DNA of 52,184 nt from a virus (taxonomy: Duplodnaviria; Caudoviricetes): positions 1 to 52,184 of the IMG/VR virus record IMGVR_UViG_3300044858_004443, one strand, 5' to 3'. Position numbers and translations under genes: made by a program. Below the pieces are notes generated by a model. That model had not been told where the DNA came from. It searched no databases and saw nothing but the letters and a program-made list of their open reading frames with translations. This document shows, piece by piece, positions 1 through 8,643 of this stretch (its first letter is position 1; each line of letters opens with the position of its first letter).

Positions 1-2
1 GA

Positions 3-1694
3 AGCATAGACCTTGACTGGGATGCTCCAGCATCAAGCAACTTAAATGTCTACGGCTACTCAGTTAGTTTTTACGACCTTGATGAAATTGGCGGAACAAC
101 GTCAGGTGGCTGGGGTGTGTGGACTAATCAAGGCACCAACTACTCGCTAAGTACTGGAATGTTTTCTGGAAGCAACCCCGTAACTACTGGATTTGGACCT
201 GTGCGCTTTGGCATTAAAGCGGGAAATCAAAGTTGCTTCTCCAGCGAAGGCATAGGTCCGTGTGTATACGGACCCGAAGTAACTGTTGATGCAACTGTTA
301 TTGACCCTAATTCAACTACAACTGCCACAACAACTACAACTGTTGCTCCTCAAACAACCTCAACGACTTCTTCAACGACTTCCACAACGACAGTCCCTGA
401 AACAACATCTTCAACCAGTACCACAACAACATCGCCTCCCCAGACTACTACTACAACCGTTTATGTGCCAACAGTCACGACAACAACTGAACCTGAGCCT
501 GAAGAGGAACCAGAAACTACTACAACGACTGAGCCAGAAGTTACTACGACAACTGAGCCTGAGTTTATTCAACCGGAGGATGAAGAGGAGGCTCAGCCTG
601 TTGAGCCTGAAACGACCCTTCCTGATTATCCAGAAGAAGAACAAGAAGGAGAACAGCAGCCAGAACCGATATCCCCAGAAGAAACGACAGAGCAAGATAC
701 AGAATCACAAGAGACTATAGTAACACAAGAAGAATTTGAAAGTATTATTGAAGATATATCTTCTGAAGAAATTCAGGCAGAAGATGTAATAGAGGTAATT
801 GATAATCTCAATTCAGAACAACTTACAGAAGTTTTAGAATCTATAGGTATAGAGCAATTAACAGAAGTAATTGATGAATTATCAGAAGAGCAAACCCTTG
901 ATCTTGTTGAAAATATTGAATCCGTAGAAGCTTTAGATAATGTTATTAATGCAATTGCTGATTCGGAAGAACCAATTGAGGCATCTGTTGCAGTAGCAAT
1001 TATTTTAAATGATAACTTTACAGAGATATCTACTGAGGCAGCCCAAGAGGTTTTTGCAAATGTTGATGCTGATTCTTTTACTGATGAACAAAAAGAGGAA
1101 CTCTCTGAGGCTCTTACGGAAGCTCCTGATGAAATCAAAGAGGCTTTTGAAGAGGAAATTGATGTTTATGGCGGAGGTTTTGATACTTATGTTCCAACAG
1201 GATCAAGCATTGATGTTGGCGCAAGAAAAACAGTTATCGCTGCAGTTGCAACATTAACAGCAACGGTTGCCGTTACTGGCGCTGCCGGAGCGTCACCAAC
1301 AGCACCAGCAGGAGGCTCAGGAGGCGGTTCTGGAGGCTCAGGAGGCTCTTCTAATCCAAGTTCTGGCTCAGAAGGTCGTTCACGAAAAGAAGAAGAGGGA
1401 AGCGAGCCAGCAGGTGAAATTGTTGATGCTGAAGGTGAGGATGATGAGCATTATGCTAAAAATAGCATTTACGAGTATTATATAAAGGAGGGAATTGAAA
1501 TGAAGAAATTTAACTGGTCTGGTTTTATAAACAAACTTTGGAATATAACTGCCGGGTTAGCATTTACTCTTGCAGGTAGCTATGTTGTTTATATTACCCT
1601 CTCTGGCGCAACGCAAAGAGCAGCGGGTATTGCTACCCTAATTGCAATATTTATCCACTATACTCACAATATCTTTAAAAACGATATTAACTGA
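3..1694 (+). CDS. 5'-truncated membrane-anchored protein: FN3-like domain, Thr-rich and Glu-rich linkers, C-terminal TM helices
   Basis: The frame is open from position 3 (SIDLDWDAPASSNLNVYGYSVSFY..., an FN3-type W-x-x-P...Y-x-V pattern), upstream of the listed GTG at 117. It has poly-Thr tracts, an acidic region and hydrophobic segments (VIAAVATLTATVAV; AGLAFTLAGSYVVYITL; AAGIATLIAIFIHY). Confidence 0.7.
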   Translation, partial: SIDLDWDAPASSNLNVYGYSVSFYDLDEIGGTTSGGWGVWTNQGTNYSLSTGMFSGSNPVTTGFGPVRFGIKAGNQSCFSSEGIGPCVYGPEVTVDATVIDPNSTTTATTTTTVAPQTTSTTSSTTSTTTVPETTSSTSTTTTSPPQTTTTTVYVPTVTTTTEPEPEEEPETTTTTEPEVTTTTEPEFIQPEDEEEAQPVEPETTLPDYPEEEQEGEQQPEPISPEETTEQDTESQETIVTQEEFESIIEDISSEEIQAEDVIEVIDNLNSEQLTEVLESIGIEQLTEVIDELSEEQTLDLVENIESVEALDNVINAIADSEEPIEASVAVAIILNDNFTEISTEAAQEVFANVDADSFTDEQKEELSEALTEAPDEIKEAFEEEIDVYGGGFDTYVPTGSSIDVGARKTVIAAVATLTATVAVTGAAGASPTAPAGGSGGGSGGSGGSSNPSSGSEGRSRKEEEGSEPAGEIVDAEGEDDEHYAKNSIYEYYIKEGIEMKKFNWSGFINKLWNITAGLAFTLAGSYVVYITLSGATQRAAGIATLIAIFIHYTHNIFKNDIN

Positions 1695-1714
1695 TCCAGT
1701 TTCCTTATCACAAA

Positions 1715-1755
1715 CAATGGGGTATAATAGAATTATACCCATTGGGGTAGGGAGG
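1715..1755 (+). promoter_or_regulatory. Putative -10 promoter in an inverted repeat, plus RBS for the lysis cassette
   Basis: TATAAT at 1723-1728 lies inside CAATGGGGTATAAT-AGA-ATTATACCCATTG; GGAGG at 1751-1755. Confidence 0.55.
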
Positions 1756-1760
1756 TGATC

Positions 1761-1991
1761 ATGTCTACTAAGTCACAAAACTTAGATCAAGCACTTAAGG
1801 GAGGCGCACTCGGCGTTTGGGTCTGGCTGGCTACTGTTCAGCTAAATCTTGACGGTGAAGTAGTTGCCGTATTAACACCGGCAATTGCCTACGGACTTGC
1901 ATGGTTATCAACAAGAGTTGGCGATCCAACAGTTGCTTCTTTCTTAGCAAAGAAGCCTGCGGAAAAGCCCGCTGTTAAAAAGAAGGCATAA
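1761..1991 (+). CDS. Small membrane protein, holin-like
   Basis: Two hydrophobic helices and a basic C-terminus (KKPAEKPAVKKKA). SD GGAGG precedes ATG 1761. It lies upstream of the endolysin. Confidence 0.55.
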   Translation: MSTKSQNLDQALKGGALGVWVWLATVQLNLDGEVVAVLTPAIAYGLAWLSTRVGDPTVASFLAKKPAEKPAVKKKA

Positions 1992-1994
1992 GCG

Positions 1995-2252
1995 ATGGAA
2001 CAGGTCAAAAATATTTGCCTTCGTATATTGGCGACCTTTTCTGCCTCGGGACTTGGAGTTATCGGGGCGGGTACAATTGCTGGCGTTCCTGTTTGGAAGG
2101 CGGTTTTTATGGCAGGGATTGCTGGCGTTGCTACCGTTGTTGAAGGTTTATCACGTGAGTTCTTAGATGATGGTAAACTAGATATGGATGAAATCAATGA
2201 AGTCTTCAGTAAAGTCGATAAGAAAGCAGTTAAGAAAGAGGAGGGATTCTAA
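1995..2252 (+). CDS. Putative holin
   Basis: Two TM segments (ILATFSASGLGVIGAGTIAG; AVFMAGIAGVATVV), a charged C-terminus, and position immediately before the endolysin. Confidence 0.65.
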   Translation: MEQVKNICLRILATFSASGLGVIGAGTIAGVPVWKAVFMAGIAGVATVVEGLSREFLDDGKLDMDEINEVFSKVDKKAVKKEEGF

Positions 2253-2253
2253 A

Positions 2254-3075
2254 ATGAGCGTTAAATGGAATATTATTGCACCAGTCAAAAAGCCTGCAGA
2301 TCTTGAAGGCATTGCACCTGGGAAGTTGCCAGAAAAACTTTTGAAGCCAATTAAGAGTGGCGGTAAGTTGCACTGGAGAGCTGCAGATGCATGGGAGGCA
2401 ATGGTTGAGGCTGCCAAGGCTGATGGCGTTGAATTAAAGCCGGTTTCTGCCGGGGATACATATCGCTCATTTGAATCTCAATTAATGGCATTTAGACAGA
2501 GATATCAGAAAGAACCAATTGAAGGTGCTCAGACAAGAACGTTTGAGGGAGTTAAGTGGTACAAGAAAGATCCTAAGTTAGCCAGCCTTGCTGCACCTGG
2601 TACATCGCAGCATAATAGCGGATTGGCAGTTGATGTTCATACTGCCGCTGAGCCAAAGCGCTTAGATTGGCTTATTGACAATGTTCGTAAGTTTGGATTT
2701 AGCTGGGAAGTTGTTCCAGAAGAACCTTGGCACTTGCGCTATACAGAGGGTGATAATCCACCTGCTGCTGTGATTGAATTTATTACAAAGAGAGATGGGC
2801 AAGCGCCCGCACAGCCAGCATCTGTCGCTAAAACTTCAGTTGATGAAGGTAAAATAAAAGAAGAGGCAAAAACTCTTCCTGTGCTTACAAAGGGCAATAG
2901 AGGGCAGGCGATTAGAAGAGCCCAAAGATTGCTCGACAAGCATGGTTTTAATTGCAAAGATGATGGAGATTTTGGAGCCAAGACGGAAGGCTTGGTCAAG
3001 AGCTTTCAATTAAGTCGTGGTATAGAATCTAACGGAATTATTAACCAGGCTACCTGGGAAGCATTGCTGGGTTAA
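2254..3075 (+). CDS. Endolysin: M15 (VanY-like) Zn peptidase plus peptidoglycan-binding domain
   Basis: Motifs YRSFESQ, PGTSQHNSGLAVD (SxHxxGxAxD) and EEPWH. C-terminal PG_binding_1 pattern (L..G.RG.A.RRAQ.LL...G....DGDFGAKTE..VKSFQ..RGI..NGI....TW.AL). ATG 2254 follows a GAGGAGG-containing RBS. Confidence 0.9.
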   Translation: MSVKWNIIAPVKKPADLEGIAPGKLPEKLLKPIKSGGKLHWRAADAWEAMVEAAKADGVELKPVSAGDTYRSFESQLMAFRQRYQKEPIEGAQTRTFEGVKWYKKDPKLASLAAPGTSQHNSGLAVDVHTAAEPKRLDWLIDNVRKFGFSWEVVPEEPWHLRYTEGDNPPAAVIEFITKRDGQAPAQPASVAKTSVDEGKIKEEAKTLPVLTKGNRGQAIRRAQRLLDKHGFNCKDDGDFGAKTEGLVKSFQLSRGIESNGIINQATWEALLG

Positions 3076-3107
3076 TCAATCTTTGCTAATATCTTATAGG
3101 AGATATT

Positions 3108-3440
3108 ATGCCGGCAACTAGAAGTATAGAGATTTATCAAGGCGATACTTATGCCCATCAACTTATATTGAAGAATAATGCCAATGCGGTAATAAATATT
3201 ACTTCTAGAGCTTATTCTGGTCAAATTAGGAAGAGGCGGTCGTCAGACACAATAACTGCTACATTTAATGTAGAAATTACAGATGGTGCTAATGGAGTTG
3301 TTGTATTTACTTTATTGCCAAATATTACTGCAAATCTTAGATCAGGTGTTTATGTTTACGATTTTCAAGAAGTAAATGGATCAACAGTTACCACTATTTT
3401 AACAGGAAATGCTACTGTTACTGGTGAGGTAACTAGGTAA
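3108..3440 (+). CDS. Virion structural protein (BppU-N-like fibre attachment domain, tentative)
   Basis: I.IYQGDT...L...G.YVYD pattern typical of phage fibre/adaptor domains; SD AGGAG. Confidence 0.5.
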   Translation: MPATRSIEIYQGDTYAHQLILKNNANAVINITSRAYSGQIRKRRSSDTITATFNVEITDGANGVVVFTLLPNITANLRSGVYVYDFQEVNGSTVTTILTGNATVTGEVTR

Positions 3441-3679
3441 TGGCTGATATTACAACACTGCAATTAACAACTACGCAAGCCTCAAATGTCTCCATAACTA
3501 CCAATACTACCGTTTTAACACAAAGTAGTGGTACAATTAATTTAGCAAGTTTAATTTTAAGCAATACAGCACCAGCTGATGTAGCAAGAACTGCAAATGC
3601 TGGAGTAAGTAATGTTGCAGCTAGATCAGACCATGTTCATAGCGCTGCAGATTTATTGCTTGATGGAGGAAATTATTAA
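3440..3679 (+). CDS. Small fibre-associated protein ending in DGGNY
   Basis: Contains an ARSDHVH motif common in phage fibre proteins; translationally coupled (TAATG) at both ends. Confidence 0.55.
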   Translation: MADITTLQLTTTQASNVSITTNTTVLTQSSGTINLASLILSNTAPADVARTANAGVSNVAARSDHVHSAADLLLDGGNY

Positions 3680-5142
3680 TGGCTAATAAAATTAGAATTA
3701 AGCGTAGAGCGTCAGGCAACGCAGGAGCGCCAACAAGTTTAGAGAATGCAGAATTAGCATTTAACGAAGTAGATGATGTTCTTTACTATGGTGAAGGAAC
3801 TGGCGGTGTTGGTGGCACAGCCACAACAGTTATTGCCATTGGCGGCTCAGGTGCATTTGTAACTCTTGCATCGGATCAAACAATAGCTGGCAACAAAACA
3901 ATTAATGGCAATGTAATTATTAATGGCACAACATCAGTTGCTACTCCAACAGCTAACGCCCATGCTGCTACAAAACTTTATGTTGATACTGCAGTTTCAA
4001 GTGCAAGTTCAACCTTTACAGCTGCCGGCGATACAGGTAATGTTTCTATTACCGGTGGAGATACATTTACAATTGCTGGTGGTACTGGATTAACATCTGT
4101 TGCTGCTGCAACAGATACTATTACAATTAATCTTGACAACACAGCAGTCACTGCTGCCTCGTATGGTGGCGCAGGTACTGTTGGAACATTCACAGTCGAT
4201 GCACAAGGTCGCTTGACAGCTGCTGCAAATGCAACAATTTCTATTTCTTCTTCGGCAGTTACGGATTTTACAGAAGCTACGCAAGATGTTGCTGCTGGAT
4301 TGCTCACTAACGGAACACACAGCGGAATTGCAGCAACATATGATGATGCAAATGCAAAAGTAAATCTTGACGTTGCAGACTTCACAATCACCCTTGCCGG
4401 GGATTTGACTGGTAGTGCAACTATTACAAATCTTGCAAATGCAACTCTTACTGCGACAATAGCCGCAGATTCAGTTGCACTTGGTACAGATACGACTGGC
4501 AACTATGTCGGCTCTGTTGCTGCTGGCACAGGCGTTTCCGTCTCCAACACCAATGTTGAAGGTGGAACATTTACGGTTGACTTGGCGAACACAGCGGTAA
4601 CTGCTGGCTCTTATGGATCAGCAGGTTCTGTTGGAACATTTACGGTTGATGCACAAGGTCGTTTGACAGCGGCATCTAATTCAACAATTTCAATTACTGC
4701 ATCACAAATCAGTGACAGAGCAACCAATCTTGTTACAGGTCTAACTGGAACAGCAAATGAAATTGCGGTGTCAAACTCAGGCGTTGGTGCTGTTACATTG
4801 AGCCTTCCAGCCAATGTTACTATTTCAAACAACCTTGTAGTTACTGGTGATTTGACAGTTAATGGCAATACTACAACGCTCAACACAGCAACTCTTGTTG
4901 TTGAGGACAAGAATGTTGTTCTTGCTAGCGTTGAAACGCCAACAGACACAACTGCCGATGGGGCTGGTATTACAATCAAGGGCGCAACTGATAAGACATT
5001 CAACTGGGTTGATGCAACAGATTCCTTTACGGCATCTGAGCATATCAATCTTGCTTCAACAAAAGTATTTAAGATTGCCGGGACAACTGTTCTTAGCGGA
5101 ACAAATCTTGACAATGTTACTGTCGATGGCGGTACTTTCTAA
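3679..5142 (+). CDS. Fibre protein (head/neck or tail fibre)
   Basis: G/T/A-rich beta repeats, AATKLYVD motif, duplicated TVDAQGRLT module, GDLTVNGNTTT..T.TL.VEDKN motif, C-terminal DGGTF. Confidence 0.75.
   Translation: MANKIRIKRRASGNAGAPTSLENAELAFNEVDDVLYYGEGTGGVGGTATTVIAIGGSGAFVTLASDQTIAGNKTINGNVIINGTTSVATPTANAHAATKLYVDTAVSSASSTFTAAGDTGNVSITGGDTFTIAGGTGLTSVAAATDTITINLDNTAVTAASYGGAGTVGTFTVDAQGRLTAAANATISISSSAVTDFTEATQDVAAGLLTNGTHSGIAATYDDANAKVNLDVADFTITLAGDLTGSATITNLANATLTATIAADSVALGTDTTGNYVGSVAAGTGVSVSNTNVEGGTFTVDLANTAVTAGSYGSAGSVGTFTVDAQGRLTAASNSTISITASQISDRATNLVTGLTGTANEIAVSNSGVGAVTLSLPANVTISNNLVVTGDLTVNGNTTTLNTATLVVEDKNVVLASVETPTDTTADGAGITIKGATDKTFNWVDATDSFTASEHINLASTKVFKIAGTTVLSGTNLDNVTVDGGTF
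4132..4695 (+). repeat. Internal ~38-aa module duplicated 450 bp apart in the fibre gene
   Basis: LDNTAVTAASYGGAGTVGTFTVDAQGRLTAAANATISI versus LANTAVTAGSYGSAGSVGTFTVDAQGRLTAASNSTISI. Confidence 0.85.
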
Positions 5143-5152
5143 GGAGCCCTAA

Positions 5153-5374
5153 ATGGCTAATGTTGTTAAAATTAAAAGATCAGGCACAGCGAATACTGCT
5201 CCAACATCTCTAGAATATGGAGAGTTGGCAATCAATTATGCTGACGGACTTTTATTTTTTAAAGATTCTTCCAACACTATTGTCTCTTTTGACATCAGTG
5301 GAACTTTTAACATAACTGAAATTGGTGGGGATTTAAACGACCTTGAAGTATCTGTCGCTATGCAAACCTTTTAA
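5153..5374 (+). CDS. Small fibre-type protein homologous to the N-terminus of 3679..5142
   Basis: MANVVKIKRSGTANTAPTSLEYGELAINYADGLLFF versus MANKIRIKRRASGNAGAPTSLENAELAFNEVDDVLYY; SD AAGGAG. Confidence 0.7.
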   Translation: MANVVKIKRSGTANTAPTSLEYGELAINYADGLLFFKDSSNTIVSFDISGTFNITEIGGDLNDLEVSVAMQTF

Positions 5375-5409
5375 GGGCTAGAACTCATTTTCTGGTACAA
5401 TTGAATATT

Positions 5410-6336
5410 ATGGATGATGTCAAAATCAATACAAGTAAAACTCTTACACTGACACTTCCAAGTGACCCTGTAAGCAATGTTGTTTCTGTAAGCCTTTATC
5501 ATGAATTTGGCTCACTTGTATCTGGTCCAACAAATGCAACAAGAACAGGTACTGGTGTTTATACAATAACATATGGTCAACAGGCTTCTGGTATTTATGT
5601 TTTAAATAGTGCCGGGAGGCATAGAGTTGATTTTACATACACAATTTCTGGAACGAGCTATACGCAATCTCAATATATTAATGTGTACACACCGTATGTT
5701 GATATCGACACCTTCTTTACAGACCATCCTGATTTAGAAAATGATTACTATGAAAAATTTGATAAAATGGAAAAACGTGTAAGGAACATAATTAATACTT
5801 TTTGTGGTCAATCTTTTGACTATTATCCAAATAAATATATTGAAATTTCTGGTTCCGGTAAAAACACACTTCACTTGCCGCATCCAATTAGCGGATTAAC
5901 AAAAGTAACAGTAAATCTTGGAGATGAAGATCAAACAGTAATTCATGATTCTACAGATGCTACTTTAAATAACATTGAAAAGTCTAAAGAACCTCACAAT
6001 TTTCAATCAAGCTACTATATTCAATTTAAGAGATCTTTTCTCGATAGTGTGCAGACTTTAATAGTTTCATCAAAATTTGATGAAGGTGATGATTATAAAA
6101 TTGAAGGTGATTTTGGATGGAAATATGTTCCTGACAATATCGTGCAAGCTGCTGATTTATTATTAGAAGATATGATGAATGGTGATTCTGATTATAGAAG
6201 GCATGGCATGACAACTGTTGATATGGATATCCTTAAATATCAAGTTAAGGATTCATTCTATGAATCAACAGGTAATATTGAAGCAGATGTATTGCTTATG
6301 GATTACACGCTTTTCGTGATGGATTATGTGGTTTAA
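5410..6336 (+). CDS. Head-to-tail adaptor (N-terminal Ig-like plus gp15/gp6-like domain)
   Basis: RNIINTFCGQSF, GDFGWKYVPDNIVQAADLL and STGNIEADVLL motifs; position before the stopper and terminator genes. ATG 5410 is preferred over TTG 5401. Confidence 0.7.
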   Translation: MDDVKINTSKTLTLTLPSDPVSNVVSVSLYHEFGSLVSGPTNATRTGTGVYTITYGQQASGIYVLNSAGRHRVDFTYTISGTSYTQSQYINVYTPYVDIDTFFTDHPDLENDYYEKFDKMEKRVRNIINTFCGQSFDYYPNKYIEISGSGKNTLHLPHPISGLTKVTVNLGDEDQTVIHDSTDATLNNIEKSKEPHNFQSSYYIQFKRSFLDSVQTLIVSSKFDEGDDYKIEGDFGWKYVPDNIVQAADLLLEDMMNGDSDYRRHGMTTVDMDILKYQVKDSFYESTGNIEADVLLMDYTLFVMDYVV

Positions 6337-6726
6337 ATGTCCTACCAAACTTTTTTTCGCTTTGCGCACAAATGCGATATTTACACAAAAACAACAGCTA
6401 CAAATGCTGCCGGTCAAGAGTATGCAACGTTTACAAAATCGGCTACGATAGGCTTTCAATTTCAAGCCCCGACCACTCAATCTACATCCTCTAGCGATAG
6501 AAGATTGTCTCCGTATGTTGATAATTTTTCAAAATATGAAGGAATAGTTCCAGCGATGTATTCTGAGTATATTAATTATGATAATAGAATTACAAATATA
6601 ACAGATTCAAAGGGTGCTCAAGTTGATACGGACACATATGAGATCGTTGGCATTCAACCAAAATTTACTTTTTCCGGTAAAAAGCATCATGTTGTTGTAT
6701 CCCTTAGAAGGGTGGTTGAAACATAA
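6337..6726 (+). CDS. Head-to-tail stopper (putative)
   Basis: Size, synteny after the adaptor, and the beta-rich DIY.K....N..G..YEIVGI pattern. Confidence 0.55.
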   Translation: MSYQTFFRFAHKCDIYTKTTATNAAGQEYATFTKSATIGFQFQAPTTQSTSSSDRRLSPYVDNFSKYEGIVPAMYSEYINYDNRITNITDSKGAQVDTDTYEIVGIQPKFTFSGKKHHVVVSLRRVVET

Positions 6727-6995
6727 TGTTTAATATCTCAATTAAAAGTAATTTTAATAATTTAATAAATAAAGTAGATATGATACCGATCGATATGCAA
6801 TCGGCAGTCGCTGAGGGTGTCGGGGCGGCGCAATCTGATATAGAAAATGTTATCAATACAAATTATCAGAGCGTTGAAATATCTGCATCCAGCGGTGGTG
6901 CGGAAGTAAAAATTGTAAATGGCTCTGAAGATAATTCTGATGAGATTAAAAGAATTGTAATGGAAAAAATAAAAATGTCGTACAGGGGGTTGTAA
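6726..6995 (+). CDS. Neck/tail completion protein (putative)
   Basis: Synteny and translational coupling only. Confidence 0.4.
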   Translation: MFNISIKSNFNNLINKVDMIPIDMQSAVAEGVGAAQSDIENVINTNYQSVEISASSGGAEVKIVNGSEDNSDEIKRIVMEKIKMSYRGL

Positions 6996-7411
6996 TGACT
7001 TTGCCAATTTACGATATCAACTCTCATCTTGCACAGGATCAGGGTATTGTGACCGCTGCGGGGAAGCAAATGAATTTTTATCCTGTCGTTGCTCCATCCA
7101 GTGCAACTGCTCCTTATGTTGTTTATTATTATAATCCATTGATACCAGATCCAGATCGCCATTGGATGAGAAAAGATGTTGTTAGATATTCAATATTTGA
7201 TACAGATGTAGAAAGACTGTTTTCAGTATCTGAATTATTTATAGAAATTCTTGGCAAGGCAGATACAGTAGCCAAGACAGGTGGTATAGAGGCTACCGGG
7301 CAAGACCGTAGGATATTATCATCAATGCAAACAGATTCCAGTCTGGCTGTGCCATTAGAAAAAGAGGGTTGGTATAGGATGAATTTAGACTTTAGAATAT
7401 GTAATGTATAA
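6995..7411 (+). CDS. Tail terminator (putative)
   Basis: YPVVAP....APYVVY motif typical of tail terminators; lies upstream of the major tail protein. Confidence 0.6.
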   Translation: MTLPIYDINSHLAQDQGIVTAAGKQMNFYPVVAPSSATAPYVVYYYNPLIPDPDRHWMRKDVVRYSIFDTDVERLFSVSELFIEILGKADTVAKTGGIEATGQDRRILSSMQTDSSLAVPLEKEGWYRMNLDFRICNV

Positions 7412-7438
7412 AAAAATATATGGTACAATATATGCTGT

Positions 7439-7660
7439 ATGGAATATATTACAATTACCTATGTCGGGAGAACTCCCGGGTATGTGGCGAAAGTAGGAAG
7501 TTCCATATATGAATTCGAATGGAATAAATCTCTCGGTATTGGCAAACGCCAAGGAGAGGTAAATCCAAAAGATATTTCTAAGATCGCTAATTGGCGTGAT
7601 AAGAAAGGTCGGAAAATATTCCGGCTTGATAAAATAGGAGGAAATACAAATGGCAGTTAA
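7439..7660 (+). CDS. Hypothetical protein
   Basis: ORF preceded by TGGTACAAT; overlaps the major tail gene start. Confidence 0.55.
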   Translation: MEYITITYVGRTPGYVAKVGSSIYEFEWNKSLGIGKRQGEVNPKDISKIANWRDKKGRKIFRLDKIGGNTNGS

Positions 7661-8234
7661 TGTCGCAAATATTGTCGTTGGTGAGGCAACCATTAAGCTT
7701 GGTCCATCGGCTAACGCAACAACGATCGCTGCAATGGATAACTTCGCTGATGTCGGTGCCACACAAAATGGTGTCGAAATTTCATGGGAGCCAGACATTG
7801 TAGATATTGAGATCGACCAATTCGGTGATGCCGCAAAGTTGATTCAGTCCAAAGTTAAGGTGATGGTGAAGACCACGCTTGCTGAGGCAACATTGAACAA
7901 CCTTGCAATCGCTTGGAATTATGATGATGTCGATGGTGGTGACGACATCAAGGCAAACTTAGCAGGTTCGGGTGCAAATACAAACACCTTCCTGTTCGGT
8001 TCGCAGAACGTGTACCCACGTGAAAAGGGTCTGGTCATTGTTGGCTCAGCCCCCGGATCGTCGGCAGCAGCAATCAAGACTCGTTCCTACTACACAAAGC
8101 GTGCGGTTTCGATGGAATCATCGATGATCAGCATGAAGCGTGCAGAGGCAACGATGTTCACTGTTGGTTTCCGTATTCTCCCCAAGACAGAGGATACAAA
8201 CTACGAGTACGGCAAGATTATCGATCAGCAATAA
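7650..8234 (+). CDS. Major tail protein (siphovirus tail tube)
   Basis: NIVVGEA, DVGATQNGVEI, EIDQFGD, TTLAEATLNNL and KRAEATMFTVGFRILP patterns; strong SD AGGAGG; C-ending codon bias of a highly expressed gene; upstream of TAC and TMP. Confidence 0.85.
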   Translation: MAVNVANIVVGEATIKLGPSANATTIAAMDNFADVGATQNGVEISWEPDIVDIEIDQFGDAAKLIQSKVKVMVKTTLAEATLNNLAIAWNYDDVDGGDDIKANLAGSGANTNTFLFGSQNVYPREKGLVIVGSAPGSSAAAIKTRSYYTKRAVSMESSMISMKRAEATMFTVGFRILPKTEDTNYEYGKIIDQQ

Positions 8235-8250
8235 TTGATTGAAAAATCGT

Positions 8251-8317
8251 GAAGTAGCCCTCGCAGGCTTCTATCTTGTGATAAACTTGATGGGAGAAGC
8301 GAGGGCTTCTTTATTTT
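8251..8317 (+). terminator. Long stem-loop with U-rich tail after the major tail gene
   Basis: AGCCCTCGC/GCGAGGGCT outer stem, CTTCTATC/GATGGGAG inner stem, followed by TCTTTATTTT. Confidence 0.6.
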
Positions 8318-8340
8318 ACAAACAAGGTAGGTAAACAGTA

Positions 8341-8643
8341 ATGAGTGATAATAAGGACATTTTGGCTGGAACTGAAATTCTTTTTGCAGATGGAAAGAAG
8401 AGAGTTATTAAGCCTTTGACAATTCGTAATCTTCGTAAGTTTATGAAGATTGTCAAGAATCTTAAGAACGATGAAACTCTTGAGGATGCAGACATTGACG
8501 TAATGGTTGAGGCAGCCGCTGTTGCATTGGCTGTCGTCGATCCAGAACTCGCAGGCGATAAGGAGAAGTTGGAGGATGTTCTTGATCTCAAGTCATTCGG
8601 CGCTCTCATGACTGCCGCAATGGGGTCCGACCCTTCCTTCTAG
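8341..8643 (+). CDS. Tail assembly chaperone (short, G-like form)
   Basis: IKPLTIRNLRKFMK and LEDVLDL motifs; lies between the major tail and TMP genes. Confidence 0.8.
   Translation: MSDNKDILAGTEILFADGKKRVIKPLTIRNLRKFMKIVKNLKNDETLEDADIDVMVEAAAVALAVVDPELAGDKEKLEDVLDLKSFGALMTAAMGSDPSF

Noticed and set aside
1755-1763. Lambda-S-like dual start (GTG 1755 / ATG 1761) for the holin-like gene
   Set aside because: The GTG overlaps the SD itself (GGAGGTG) and is poorly placed for initiation.
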